Assembly (NCBI RefSeq): GCF_001194135.2
Contig: NC_068985.1
Coordinates: 126,815,004 to 126,857,309 of the forward strand
Source of the DNA: Octopus bimaculoides
Taxonomy: Eukaryota
Direction of reading: 5' to 3'
Length of the DNA: 42,306 nucleotides
Part shown: positions 24,107 through 37,040 of the stretch, piece by piece
Numbering within the stretch: position 1 is the stretch's first letter
Layout of the letters: each line of letters opens with the position of its first letter
Notes under the pieces: model-generated
The model's database searches: none
What the model was told of the DNA's origin: nothing
What the model saw: only the letters and a program-made list of their open reading frames with translations
Translations under genes and position numbers: made by a program

Positions 24107-24287
24107 GAATTTTGTCTGCCACTACATTCTGAGTTCAAATTCCACTGAGGTTGACTTTACCTTTCATCCTTTCAGGGTTGATAAATTAAATACTAGTGAA
24201 ACATTGGGGTCAATGTAATCAACTATCCCCCTCCCCCAAATTTCAGACCCTGTGCCTTTAATAGAAAGGATTATTATAATTATTATT
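24107..24287 (+). mobile_element. 5'-truncated copy of the array-type SINE in the opposite orientation
   Basis: TTCTGAGTTCAAATTCCACTGAGGTTGACTTTACCTTTCATCCTTTCAGGG...ATTATT on the plus strand. Confidence 0.85.
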
Positions 24288-24530
24288 GTCGTTTTAGCAT
24301 CCACTTTTCCACACTTGCATAGGTTGTTCGACATTTGCTGAGGCAGATTTTCTCTGGTCAGACACCCTACCTTTCGACAAACCTCACCTGTTTCCAAGTA
24401 AGGTAATATTTCCATGGGCAATTTACTTATACAGTCTCAGCAGTAAGTTTGAAATATCAAGGACTTGACTAGTATGCCAACACTTTATCGATTCAGTTTG
24501 CCCTGACTTGAGTAATATTAACATCCTTAA

Positions 24531-24748
24531 TCTTTTAACATTCAGATTACTGTCAAATGTAATGCTTTTCTAATTCAGATTGTTTTGAATTAATCAGGCA
24601 TTACCTTGTAGTTTCGAGGTTTCAATGATGTGATAGATTATTTTTAGAATGACATTGTAGGGTAGGTGTGAGAGGCCAATCCTGGCTGGTTTGAACATAA
24701 AACAGTATAATATTTGGGCTGGATATGGCCAGTTTAAATGCTAAAGGG
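24531..24748 (-). mobile_element. piggyBac-type MITE, inverted copy (partial third copy at about 18980-19050)
   Basis: TTAA at 24527-30 and 24749-52. Right end AATGCTAAAGGG|TTAA. Confidence 0.75.
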
Positions 24749-24774
24749 TTAAGATGTCTGTCATATATGTTGAA

Positions 24775-25030
24775 GCAAAATGGTCAAGTGGAGAATGTTG
24801 AAACCTCAACTCATGTGTCATGAGTTCAAATCCACCTTTGGCATTTTCCTGTGCTTGTGAGCAGCAGGACACCTATTACTGCATGAGGATTTCCCCAAAA
24901 TGTTGAACATGGGTAGCAGGCTTTGGAAGGTGGAGGAGTCACTTGTGATAAACTAGCACTTTATGCAAGATGGGTTAGAGAGATTTACCTCTCATCCACT
25001 CAAGGTTACAGAAACTGGAATTAAGTATCA
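24775..25030 (+). mobile_element. Degenerate tRNA-SINE of another type
   Basis: A-box-like TGGTCAAGTGG and B-box-like GAGTTCAAATCC. The rest is eroded. Confidence 0.45.
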
Positions 25031-25263
25031 AGCAAGTTTGCCCTTATCAATTACGACTGTTTACACTTTACTGTTTGCTATTTAGACAAGTTTCAACAGG
25101 TGCTTTGTCAATGACTGCTAACAATGAGACTCCTAGTAACCTACAAGACTTCTGTAATTTATCAGTTGAGAAGTCTCTTACGTCTAATTGTCAAATATTC
25201 CAGGAATTTCTCCAGTTTATGTTGATGAAATACTTATCTTTTGTTGGAGTGAAAATAATTTTA

Positions 25264-25301
<38 letters not shown>

Positions 25302-25349
25302 TGAGATAAACAGGTTCAGATGCATGATAAAGTCAGTAGTTCACATATA

Positions 25350-26590
25350 CAGGGTGCGATGGGTAAATTGTCGCCATTTTATACTTTTAATTTCGCATAT
25401 GTGCATTGTTTGTTTTTGATTTTGTTGACCACACAGTACAGTAGGGTCAGCTGGGCACCGTCTGTGAGAAAAACAGCACCATGATGCAATTCATTCTGCC
25501 AGAAATTCGGAAACAACATGCTGTGCTGCTTGGCATTTGCACCAAAAACTCAAATAGAAACATTTCAGAGAGTTTGGGTGACAATCTGAGGATAGTGAAG
25601 AGGATTCAGAGAGTTGGACGAGTCTAATGGTGATTGCGAAGGTACAGCAACTCAGAAAACTCACTCTGATCATTCTGATGAAAAAAGAACTCCTGAATTT
25701 GTTGGTGAGATCCAGGCCATGATTGACAACAATCCCTCCAAGTCAATCAGGTCCATCGCCAGGGACACGGCAGTGTCTGAGTTTCTTATCAGGCAGGGAG
25801 TGCATGAAGACATTCGGCATTCCTCATACAAGATGTGAAAAGGTTAATTTTTATCCCAAGTAGTTTTTGAAGAAACTTAAGCATCCCCTCCAACTGAACA
25901 TATTTTGGTTTTTCTCAGATAAGAAAAATTTCTGCCAGGATCAGATGGTGAACACATAGAACAACCGTTGGCTAGCTGTGTTTCCAAAACATGTACTGAG
26001 AGTGATAAAAATTAAACATCCAGTCAACATCATGGCGCTTGGAGTGACCACTAGTGGGGGCGATGTTATGCCTCCATTCATCTCCCTACATAGCTTCAGG
26101 CTCAACACAGAGGCCTACATCAAATGTCTGGAGGAGGTAGTGCTGCCCTGGGTCAAGAGGATGGCTGCTGGAAGACCCTATGTCTGGCAACAAGACTCTG
26201 CCCCATGCCACAGAAGCAAGAGAATCTAGTCATAGCTGTCACACAATTTCTGTGACCACATCACCCCTAACATCTGGCCACCTAACTCCCTAGACTGCAA
26301 CCCCCTTGATTATTATATGTGGGGTGCAGTTGAGCAAGAGGCCAACAAAACTCCTTGTAACACCAAAGATTAACTAAAAACAAGGATTATGGCAGCATTC
26401 ACCAACTTAAACAAGGAGACCATCTAGAAGAGTTGCAGGAGATTCTGAAGTCACCTGGAGACCGTGGTTGAAGCCAATGGCGATTTTATTGAATAAATTT
26501 ATGTAATTTTGGTAAACATATCTGTTAAAATGAGATGTCAGTGTAATTTTCATTTTTGCATAATTTAGACAATTTATTCATCATACTCTG
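25350..26590 (+). mobile_element. Full-length decayed Tc1/mariner-superfamily transposon, DD37D (maT) type
   Basis: TA on both sides (25348-49, 26591-92). Imperfect TIRs CAGGGTGCGATGGGTAAATTGTC and CAGAGTATGATGAATAAATTGTC. 1241 bp. Confidence 0.9.
25481..26496 (+). pseudogene. DD37D transposase pseudogene
   Basis: Motifs WFFSD, VWQQDSAPCH and WPPNSLDCNPLDYYMWG, with 37 residues between the second and third Asp. Multiple stops and frameshifts. Confidence 0.9.
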
Positions 26591-28693
26591 TATATCCTAA
26601 CACTGTTCATACATTTGAACCTGCTTTCCTTCACTAAACACACACACAAATGTGTGTGTGTGAGAGAGAGAGAAGGCATGTGGGCTTGTAGTTAGGGTGT
26701 CTAGGGTGCTTTAATCATGATGACAAGACTGTGGCTTCAATTCCTGGACTGAGCACTGCATTGACTGTAAATGAATAAACCCATAATGGACTGGAGTTCC
26801 ATTCAGGGCAATGTTGGCTGGCCCATCTAACCAGCAGGGTGGCATCATTCAAAAGATAGAATAATGCAATGAAGTGCATAGTGACCAGAGATGCATAACC
26901 AGATTCAATATTCTTGTCAGTACAGGATATACATATAATCATCATTATCATCATTTAGCATCTATTTCCCATGCTGGCATGGGTTAGATCGTTTGACTGG
27001 AACTAGTAAGCCAGAGAGCTGCACCAGGCTCCAGTCTGATTTTGGCTACAGCTGGATGTAGCTAACATCAACCACTCCAAGAGTGTAGTGGGTAGTGGGT
27101 GCCTGCTATGTGTCACTGGTATGGGTGCCTTTTATGTGAAACTGAGATAAACTCCATCTTAAATGGCTTGTAGGATTGATACAAACTTTAACTAACTTGA
27201 GAGAGACAGACAGACAGACAGACAGAGACAGAATGAACAAAAAAGGATCCAATGCAAAGTCAGTCTGGACAGAAAGCTGAAGGTGACAGTTCCTGAAGAT
27301 CACACTCGACCTCTGTTTCTACTATATCTATCTATCCATCTATCTATCCATCTATCTATCTATCTATCTATCTATCTCTATCTCTCTATCTCTCTATCTC
27401 TCTCTCTCTCTATCTCTCTATATCATGCTGAGTCTGTTCATAACAAAACAACACAAGCCTCCTCAAGCTGGTTCCCCAAAACAAAATAATCAACCTACTT
27501 GGTGCAGGAAGGGAAAGTCATTTATCTCTCATCCTCAATTCTCCACATAACAACATGGCACTGCAGTTAGGATATAGTCCTGATGTGGGTCTCTTTGGGA
27601 TAAAGAATTAATATTTATGCTCTGAACAGTTTTAGTCAGCAGCCCCATTTTGATTTGAGGTTGCAGCTCTGTCACTTCACTTACATCACAGTGCATTATG
27701 AGAAAAGAAAACATGTTCCTGAATGTCATTAACTCCCATATCCTCCACCTTCTCTAAGTATCTTATGCTGCATGCCTGCTTGGAGATAGCAACATATGAT
27801 TCAAGTATTCTCTCTTTGAAATACTTTAACAAAAGAATTCTATCAAAGTAGGTTTCAGAAATAAATATGCTTTACAAAGAAACCCAAGTAATTCAATAAA
27901 ATATTAACAAAGAATGGGGGAACTATATCTTAAAAGCTTACTGAAGTTAGTGGAGTGGCAGAAATGAAAGTATTCAGCTAATTGTCCTTTAGTATTTAGT
28001 TTCATCCTTCAGCATTTTGGTTTCAGATTCCATCAGAGTCAATAAAACAAAAACCAAACATGTACTGGTATTTGTTCAATCAAGTATATCAGCTACATTC
28101 TGCTCCTCCAAATTCAAGGCCTTGTGAAAAATTATAATAGTATAGTTTTTTTCCAAAGACACGATGAAAATGTGCTGAGGTGAACTAAAATTTATCTTTC
28201 TATTCATATCAAGTGGCTAAGGATGCCATAGAAATATGATCCCAATACTACAAGCCTATCAAACACAAATCCTGTTTTTGCATTACAAGATTTCTTTTTT
28301 GAGTTGTTTAGTCAAAAGGGGAAAGCTGTGCCTATGATTCTCTATAGAGCCCTTGAGACAGAAGAGAGAGAGGGAAGAAGGTATCTTCAAACTGGCCTGA
28401 ATGTTTGCAACTGAGTGGACTCTGTTAAAGGCACCCAAGGTGGTGTGTCAAACTGAATAATGGGTTAAGTCAAGCACCCATGTTGGCCACAGCAGGATTT
28501 GAACTCAGAAGAGTAAACACAAATATCACAAGGTATCTCCTCCAACATTCTAATATTTCCACCAGTCCACCACTTTAGAATATTTCTTTTTTGTACAGTA
28601 GGTATGGTATACCTGGAGCACTGGATCACATCTAAGTACAGAGATTGATATCTTTAACTAAAATTCTTCAAGGCAGTGCCCAGCACGGCCACA

Positions 28694-28737
<44 letters not shown>

Positions 28738-28746
28738 TAGTTAAAG

Positions 28747-28785
<39 letters not shown>

Positions 28786-29851
28786 TTCAGGTATAGCTGA
28801 GTGATGAAGACACTTGCTTCCCAACCATGAGGTTTAGCCCTTGGCCGACCAAAGCCTTGTGAACTGAAAGAAGCACATCATATATGCACATCGCAAAAGA
28901 CTAGAAACAAACAACACTGCTTGTATGACAGTAATTCTCTTGTGCAACCATCATGTGATGTCAAAACAAGAGTACACACACACATGTACAACAGGCTTCT
29001 TCCCGTTTCCATCTACCAAATCTACTCTCAAGGCTTTGCTCAGCTTGAGGTTAGAGAAGATAATTTGATAAATATTTTATTACACCTTGCCTAAACAAGC
29101 GCAAAGTAACTAAGTATATATCAGGGTTGCTAAATGTTTCTCAATGATCTTAATGATAATTCTTTAATTTTTTTCTCAAACCTGTAAAATCTATCATCAA
29201 CATTTAAGATGTTGGCAAGACTTGTCTGGTTCTATGACAGCATATTTCCATTTGGTCAAGCAATGCATTATCTTGCCTCAGATCCAACCTTACTGCTTGT
29301 CTTCATCTTTGTTTATGTTGATGGTAATTATTGTTGTTTAGCCCCAGGTTATTCATGGTCAAACAAGACCTATAATCAAACGTATTCAAGTAGTGACTTT
29401 CCTCCCTTTATATTGTAACACAACTATATCTATAACTATACTGACTACATTAATGTATTCTTCCACTTTTAAGTCAATGAAGTGTAATTTAAAGGGGATT
29501 CAACTGCTATTTTTAGCTGGTTTTTTCATTGGTCCCTAACAAATGATAATTGATGACAGTTGGAAGGGGTGCTTGAACCAAACCTTCCCTACTGTACACA
29601 ATATGAAAAATATATCTGTTAATCATTCAGTGAAAAAAATTTAGCTCCCTTGTGTGTTTAATCTTACAGGATATTATATGATCATAAATATCTGTTACAA
29701 CTGGGAGAATAGATTGTGTATCAAAAACGTTTACATAATTATGTGAGAAAACCCATTTGTTGGAAAGAAGTGTTTCATGTTTCACTTTAGGGTTTCAGCA
29801 CAGAAACAAGTGTGTATAGCAATGTTCCTACCTCTTAGATATATGGTTTAA

Positions 29852-30072
29852 CCCTTTAGCATTTAAACCAGCCATATCCAGCCCAAATATTCTACCTGCT
29901 TTGTGTTCATACTGGCTAGAAACGGCCTCTCACACCTCCCCTACAATGTCATTCCAAAAATAGATAATCACATAATTGAAGTCTCTCAAAGTTACAAGAT
30001 AATGCAGGATTAATTCAAAATGATGTGAATAAATAAACATTAGATTTGATAAGGTAATATGAATGCTAAGGG
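29852..30072 (+). mobile_element. piggyBac-type MITE (about 220 bp)
   Basis: TTAA|CCCTTTAGCATT at the left end and a degenerate GAATGCTAAGGG at the right end. A homologous inverted copy lies at 24531-24748. Confidence 0.7.
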
Positions 30073-30924
30073 ATTGAACTTCAACGAATACTGAAAGAGA
30101 TGTCAAACTCAGAGGGAATACATAAAGGCAACGAGTATCCAAGCACAGTTAGCTCTATATCACATTGTTACTTTATCACACAACCTTTTGACAATTGCCA
30201 GAGCCAATGACAGAATCTCTATGTGGTCACTAGACCTTTTCGAAATAGCACCCTAATCTACCTCCAATCACATCTTGCAAAAAGGACACATTGAATAACA
30301 CTATTTCATCATAGTTATGCTTCATCAGAGCTAACCTAGAATTGCATAACAGTAATAACACTACATTACAATTTTTTTTTTTTTTTTTAGTGTAGAATGA
30401 GAGGAGATACTTCTAGCCTTCCCAATCCTTTCTAGATTGGGATGTAAAGATAAATGGATGAAGTTTATACAATTAATTCTCAAATTAGCATTTTGACAGT
30501 CAGTTAAGGAAGGAAAACCTAGACAGAAAAGAAGTTCATGAGAAACGCATTTCAGAAGAGGATATAAAAATGAATATATAGTTATATATAGTCAGTAAGC
30601 TAAGAAGCTTTCTGAAAATTCACCTATCAGGCAGATGATGGTTTTTCTTTAGATGCATGTCCATTGTGTTCACATGTATAGTACAAAGACAATTCTATTT
30701 GGGTCAGCAGTATTCCACTATAGAGTAATCATGTGCCTTTTTTGCCATCAGCTGTTTTGGAATGAAACAACTCCAATATTTATATTTGTGATGTCACTTT
30801 TGGCTATTACCACTCCAGTGTGGTCATAATGCGAGCTCATAAGAAATAATAAAACCTAGAAAGTGTAGAAAGAACACTTGCTTCGAACTACATACTATTT
30901 GTGGGTAGCAAAGAAACAGTGTTT

Positions 30925-31660
30925 ATCATCATCATCATTTAGCACCCGTTTTCCATGCAGGCATGGATTAGATGGTTAGACTGGAATGGTTAAGCCAGAG
31001 AGCTGCACCAGGATCCAGTCTGTTTTGGCTTAGTTTCTACAGCTGGATACCCTTCCTAATGCCAACCACTTCATAGAGTGTACTAGGTGTCTTTTACGTG
31101 TCACTGGCACAGGTGCCTTTTACATGTCACCGGTACAGGTGCCTTTTATGTGTCACCAGCATGGGTACCTTTCACATGTCACCAGCATGGGTGCTTTCAT
31201 GTATCATTGGCACAGGTGCTGTTCACGTGTCATTGGCACAGGTGTCGTTCATGTGTCATGGGCATAGGTGTCTCTTACGTGTCACTGGCACAGGTGCCTT
31301 TTACATGTTNNNNNNNNNNTTTACGTGTCACTGGCACAGGTGCCTTTTACATGTCACCGGTACAGGTGCCTTTTATGTGTCACCAGCATGGGTACCTTTC
31401 ACATGTCACCAGCATGGGTGCTTTCATGTATCATTGGCACAGGTGCTGTTCACGTGTCATTGGCACAGGTGTCGTTCATGTGTCATGGGCATAGGTGTCT
31501 CTTACGTGTCACTGGCACAGGTGCCTTTTACATGTTACCAGCACATGTGCCTTTCACATGTCACCGGTATGGGTACCTCTTATATGTCACTGGCACAAGT
31601 GCCTTTTACTTGTAACCAGCACAAGTGCCTTTCACATGTCACTAGCATTGGCCATGACTA
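30925..31660 (-). repeat. RTE-type tail copy with a 26-bp minisatellite (short copy also at 26940-27130)
   Basis: TGCCTTTTACATGTCACYGGYACAGG units. 217 bp are duplicated across the 10-N gap. Confidence 0.85.
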
Positions 31661-31689
31661 TGGAAGGTACATATTCTTGAGAAGTATAG

Positions 31690-32040
31690 ATTTTAAGTGT
31701 TAGGGGTATCAATTAAAACTAGTTGGTATGTTCCTATTGAAGGATGTTTCTCTTTGTGTGAAGTGTGTGCATCTACTAAGAGGTGTTGAAATTTAGACTA
31801 GATTTCTTAATGAAGAAGGAAATGAGGTGTTAGTGTGGTGTCATCTGCAGTATGGTGAAGAAAGCAGAATATACTTGTATACTAGGATACCTGTAGGAAA
31901 GGGCTCAGTCAATACAGCAACCTGACTAAACACTTCCACTCCAGGTTATTTAGAGACATATTAAGCCAGTTGGTTGCGATTTGGTGAAAAGATTCTCAGA
32001 ACAGATATAATTGAGGGTAAAATCTTCGCTTTCAGTAATT
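31690..32040 (-). mobile_element. Highly decayed CR1/L2-like reverse transcriptase fragment
   Basis: HTADDTTL (YADD-like) at 31833-31853, with a QVAVL (QGSVL-like) remnant upstream in another frame. Heavily eroded. Confidence 0.4.
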
Positions 32041-32113
32041 TTTTTTTTAAATAGAAATTGGGTTTGAAATTGAGAAAAAGATAAAAGTTTAGAGTTTGAA
32101 GGCTAATCAAAGG

Positions 32114-32180
32114 CAGGGGTCAGCAAACTTTTTGAGAAGCTGGAAGGACTGGAAATGTTTGTTTGTCTTGTGGGCCAAAG
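32114..32180 (+). mobile_element. hAT-like terminal fragment (similar bits at about 5775-5792 and 38930-38946)
   Basis: CAGGGGTCAGCAAACTTTTT resembles a hAT/Charlie TIR. No partner end found. Confidence 0.3.
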
Positions 32181-32299
32181 CAAATGAAACTGAAAATCCT
32201 AATCACACAATGTTGTAGAAACAGCATGTTTTTATTATTTTTCTTAAATGTCACCAACCATAAAGAAGTAATCACTATACATTTGACACAAAAATCTTT

Positions 32300-32657
32300 A
32301 TAGTTCCAGGCATGGTCGCATGGTAAGAAGCTTGCTTCCCAACCACATGGTTCCGGATTCAGTCCCACTGCATGGCACCTTGTTCTAGCTCCTTCTACAA
32401 TTGCCCGTGGATTAGGTACACAAAAACTGGAAGAAGCTCACTGTGTGAGTGTATTTGACCCCCATCACAGTTTGACAACCGGTGTTGGTGTGTTTACCTC
32501 TCTGTAACTTACTGGTTTGGCAAAATAGACCGATAGGATAAGTACCCGGTTTAAAATAACAAATATGTACTGTAGTTGATTCATTTGACTAAAAATCCTT
32601 CAAGGCAGCCCCCGAGCATGACTGCAGTTGAAAGACTGAAACAAGTAAAAGATAAGG
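32300..32657 (+). mobile_element. Second-family SINE copy (others at about 1270-1490(-), 4217-4480(-), 22740-22960(-), 23790-24090(-), 26680-26940(+), 28785-28880(+), 28890-29065(-))
   Basis: GGTAAGAAGCTTGCTTCCCAACCACATGGTTCC head and TTCAAGGCAG...GACTGAAACAAGTAAAAG tail. Confidence 0.75.
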
Positions 32658-32960
32658 CCTTATGTGACAGTATGCAGTTAAGAGATAAAACATCTCTAGT
32701 TTCAATAAAGAGGAGGCACTTGTGGCAATGTGATACCAGCCAGTTAACCTGCTTTCTTCAATAGACAAATATTTTTTTGTTTCTTCTCTTAGACCCAATT
32801 ATACAAACTATGCTATGACTGTATATGAGACAGTTTCTGTGTTTCAGTTATCTAGGAAGATGAAAACATTTACTGCTTAAACTATCGCACCTGGGGGAAC
32901 TTTCATTTGTAACCAAGTGAAAGAATCTAAGTTGTTTTTATTTATTTTTTTTTGTTTTTA

Positions 32961-33905
32961 TCTATCTATATTATACTAAAACTCAAAGTTTGTTTTCCTG
33001 CCATTTGATTAAAATGATAAACATTACAAATAAAATAGTCATTTCCCCTTTAAGAAAAAAAAAAAAGTTGAAAATGTCAACACTTCAAAGAGTTGTCGGA
33101 ACTACCACCATCCGTCCTTTTTTTCTTACTTTTTGAATCATAGGTACTTGATTTTTTTTTTTTTTCTTACAGAGGAAAATTACTATTTTATTTAAAATAA
33201 AATATTAATCTTTATCATCCTAATCAAAAGGCAGAAAAACAGACAGAAAGACTATCTCTTCATAGACGAAGATCAGTTGCAATGGAAGGAGTTGAATCTC
33301 ATAAGAATGGAAAAACAAACAAAAATAAATGGGTTGTACCTTATAATGAAACTCTTTTGAGAGCGTTCAAATGCCACTGCAATCTAGAAATCGTTGCTTC
33401 AGTGTGGTAAATTAAGTATATCATCAAGTACACGCTGAAAGGAAATGGCCAAGCTGCTATTCAAATAAGCAATGATGAAGTTAGTCAATATCTAATGGGT
33501 AAGTATACTGGACCATCCGAAGCAGTTGCATCCAGTTTAGGATTTTCAGTTCATGAAAGAGCACCCGCATAGTGAAACTGCAAGTTCATCTACCAGATAG
33601 ATTGAACAAAGAATATTGCTTAGAAATAATGAAGATATATATGGCTGTCAATGAACGACATATAAGAATAACATTGACAGAATTCTTTTCATTGTGTATA
33701 AATGATGACTGCAAAAACAGGCCATTTGAACATTTTGAAAGAACATTTGGTTGTGTTTGTGTTGTCACACCAAAGGCAGGGGAACTGTGTTATTTAAGAA
33801 TCTAATTGCATGAAGTTCAAAATAGTATTTTTTCCCTTTCCTGCCGCGCATAAACATTTTCAACATGGAGTGGTTGTGCACAATGGTCACGGCTGGTACA
33901 TCTAG
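32961..33905 (+). mobile_element. Non-autonomous Helitron with an internal Rep-domain remnant
   Basis: 5' A|TCTATCTATATTATA. 3' degenerate hairpin (TTGTG...CACGG), 9-nt spacer, then CTAG|T. Internal translation HRRR...NKWVVPYN...HCNLE...IKYIIKYTLKG...DEVSQYL...SEA...VKLQVHLP...TPKAGELCYLRI matches Helitron Rep motifs, with stops and a frameshift. Confidence 0.8.
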
Positions 33906-34904
33906 TACATACATAAAACATTATTTTGTCTGACGTCCCAGCGAAAGTAAAACTTTTGTTCTACTTTTCGAAACTGAGTTTTATTGTTCGCTAACCAAGA
34001 ATAGATAAAGCAAAGAATTTTAGTATGCAATGTCATATATTCAGTGAAGTTGAGAGAGCAAGATGAAATGGAGCCACGGGTCATAGCTAGTAGACCTTTT
34101 TGTCAAATGTATGACTGGGTTAGGAGCAATACCAAGAATAAATTGCTTAAAACGAGGAAGGATTCAGGATTTAAGTCATCAGGAAGTTGAAAACAGAGAA
34201 ATAAATAAGTCGGGAAGTAAGTAATTGAGAACATCGAACTCGCCAATGTCACAGCTATCCGTGTCACATTCTTCTCTGATCAACACGAAACTGTTTTTCA
34301 ACATCAACAACCCTAATAACAGAATGCAAATACAGATCTAAATCGAGAAACAAGAAGAATTCTCATTCGCTCAGCAAATCTAAACTGAACGTGATGAAGA
34401 TTAAATCGATATTACCATATGTTGCTTTGTAGCGGGCGGAGGAAACGTGGACGCCTGTTGAATTGAATACACACACATACAGAAGGGTAGTCATACACAA
34501 TCCATGATAGTGGGGACAAAGGCGAATGAATTTAAGGGTTTTAGTAACCTGCAACCATACCTACAACTTACTGTCCTAGTATTAGTATTATTAAGCCCCA
34601 GGCCACCTAGGTCGACAAAATAAGTTGAACGACTATATCCTCCACCAAAATATCAGGCTTTGTGCTTATAGCAGAAAAAATGATTAAGTCCCGGGTTAGC
34701 TCCAAAATCGTTCCAACAGAGACCATCCTATCTTTATATCCATTCTAGGATTACATTATCTACTTTACGCTTGAAAAAAAAAGACAACTAAGTGGTTATA
34801 TGAAAGGCATTGGCTGATCTCCCTAGCAGATCGAGCATAGAGGACCACTTGTTTGGATTGTGCACATTGTTACCTGTTTGCATATATGTTGAGTAAATGT
34901 GGTA

Positions 34905-34960
<56 letters not shown>

Positions 34961-34978
34961 NNNNNNNNNNTCTATTTA

Positions 34979-35013
<35 letters not shown>

Positions 35014-37040
35014 CCATACATATATGAACAAATGAATAAAAATAAACTTCAATGATTTCTAAATGCACAATACAATATAGTTTACGTATCAAAGTACTGA
35101 ATGTTTATTTATTCCCATTACACTTATCAGACAGATTTACATTTTGTTGTGTAAATAAAACGAACGAAATACAGAAAAAAGGCCAAACAACGAAACAAGA
35201 AAACAAAAAAAGTATAAAGTCGACAGAACAAGTTTTAAATAATGTCTGACAAGAATCGATAAAAGACTGAGAAATTAACTTTGCATATTAATTAAATGAA
35301 ACTATTTTTTTAATGCAACGTGTTAAAACTAGAAAGACGACTAAATAACCTCTATTAGAAGTCATGTTAGGTAATGACTATTTCTTTACTATTATTAAAT
35401 AAGGATTTACTCAACGTAGTATAATATTTATTATCTACAGGCCACCAAAATTTTATTTGTATTAACATATTTAAAAAATCGATCTGCATTGAATTTTAGC
35501 CACAGAAACACACCTAATATGCACGTTCTTGTTAAGAAAATATATTTGAATTACTTTAAAATTATCTAATATTCATTTTTGAATGATATTGAACACGTTG
35601 TTTGGTTATAAACAAAACAAATAATTATTTTCAATATTGTTTTAATAAAGGAAAATTTTCTTAACTTCAGCAGTGCTTTTTTTTTTTTGCCACCAAATTC
35701 TTTATTTCTGTTTATAATAATTATTGTGATCAAATGCACAATTTGTTAATATTTATATACTAATCAGATAATGGATCTATAAATTTTATTGAATGTTGAT
35801 CAGTAGTGTTTATATTTCGATCAGATAACACACGTACGCATCTTCAGGGCTGCAGCCCTACTTGATCATACAAACAACGAAACGTTGTTTGTAAACATTG
35901 GAATTATCTTAAAAAAAAATTTCAGAATGTTTAACAAAACTGACAAATGTAAACGGTAGGCCACCGAACCCCGCAACCACCCCACAAAATGCAGGGATGC
36001 ACTATTTAGTTTCATCCCTCTCTGTTTTGAGCTCCGACCATCAGTATAAATGATATTTCCACTGAAACTTCACTAGTGAATTCACAACTTTCGATTTACT
36101 GGTTGGAACCCAGCACATCTTGGGTGTACGCCAACACACAAAGATCGACATTATCATTCATTCCGAGGTATAGATTTGAATCCATTTTATCAATCACAAC
36201 CCTCTTCTATGTAAAATTAACTTTGGACTAGGCCCAAGAAACAAATATTTGAGCAAAGACAGCTAAATGATATAGCAGAAACGACAGAACACTGGACTAA
36301 ATTTACAGTATTTAGTTCTTGAGATTGAATCCTACAATGATCGACTGCTTTTTATCACACTCCGAAAGATAAATAGACCAGGTACTAGTAATATTAGGAG
36401 CTCGATCCAACTGAATATATATTCCATTTCCTTTCAAAATTGTTCCGCTAAGGAAAGAACCACCGTCTAACAAAAAGATTATACCACGCTAAAGGACTCC
36501 AAGGTGGCAGCTTCTGCCCTGCAGATGTCTTTTCGTATTTAGTATCTACATACAATAATTACAATGTTATGTTACCGCTTTCCAATTTCATAACATGTTT
36601 GGAAAACTGTTGCTCACGGTCCCGACAGAATGCAAGCATGAAATCACTATATTCATATTGTATTTACTATAATGTTGCATGTATATTGTGTATTATTAGT
36701 GTATACAAATTACAAGCGTTCAAAGCGCATGTCCAGTCAGTGTTGACTTTTCCTTCAGGGTCTGATAAAATAAGCTCTGATCAAGTGCTGGGATCGATGT
36801 AATCGATGTAAAATCGACAGTTCCTTCCCCAACGTTGGTTGCCTTGTGTCATGTTTTGAAATCATTGTGTATTAATACTTATAAATACAACATGGACTAT
36901 AATATACTTTCTATTGTATTTGTATACAATGACAATAAACTGAATTGAAAAGCTAAGATTAATTTGATTATAAAAACAAAAATAACATTCACTTGCAAAA
37001 CATAAACAGTGACACGAATATGCTTTTAGTAGTAACTTAC

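Noticed and set aside
31093-31536. Perfect 217-bp tandem duplication
   Set aside because: The two identical copies sit on either side of a 10-N gap, which is typical of an unmerged contig overlap.
31087-31703. Cys/His-rich ORFs resembling zinc fingers or metallothionein (also 308-576, 7761-8017, 20129-20454)
   Set aside because: They are translations of the GTGYCAC minisatellite, open in several frames, with no splice or domain support.
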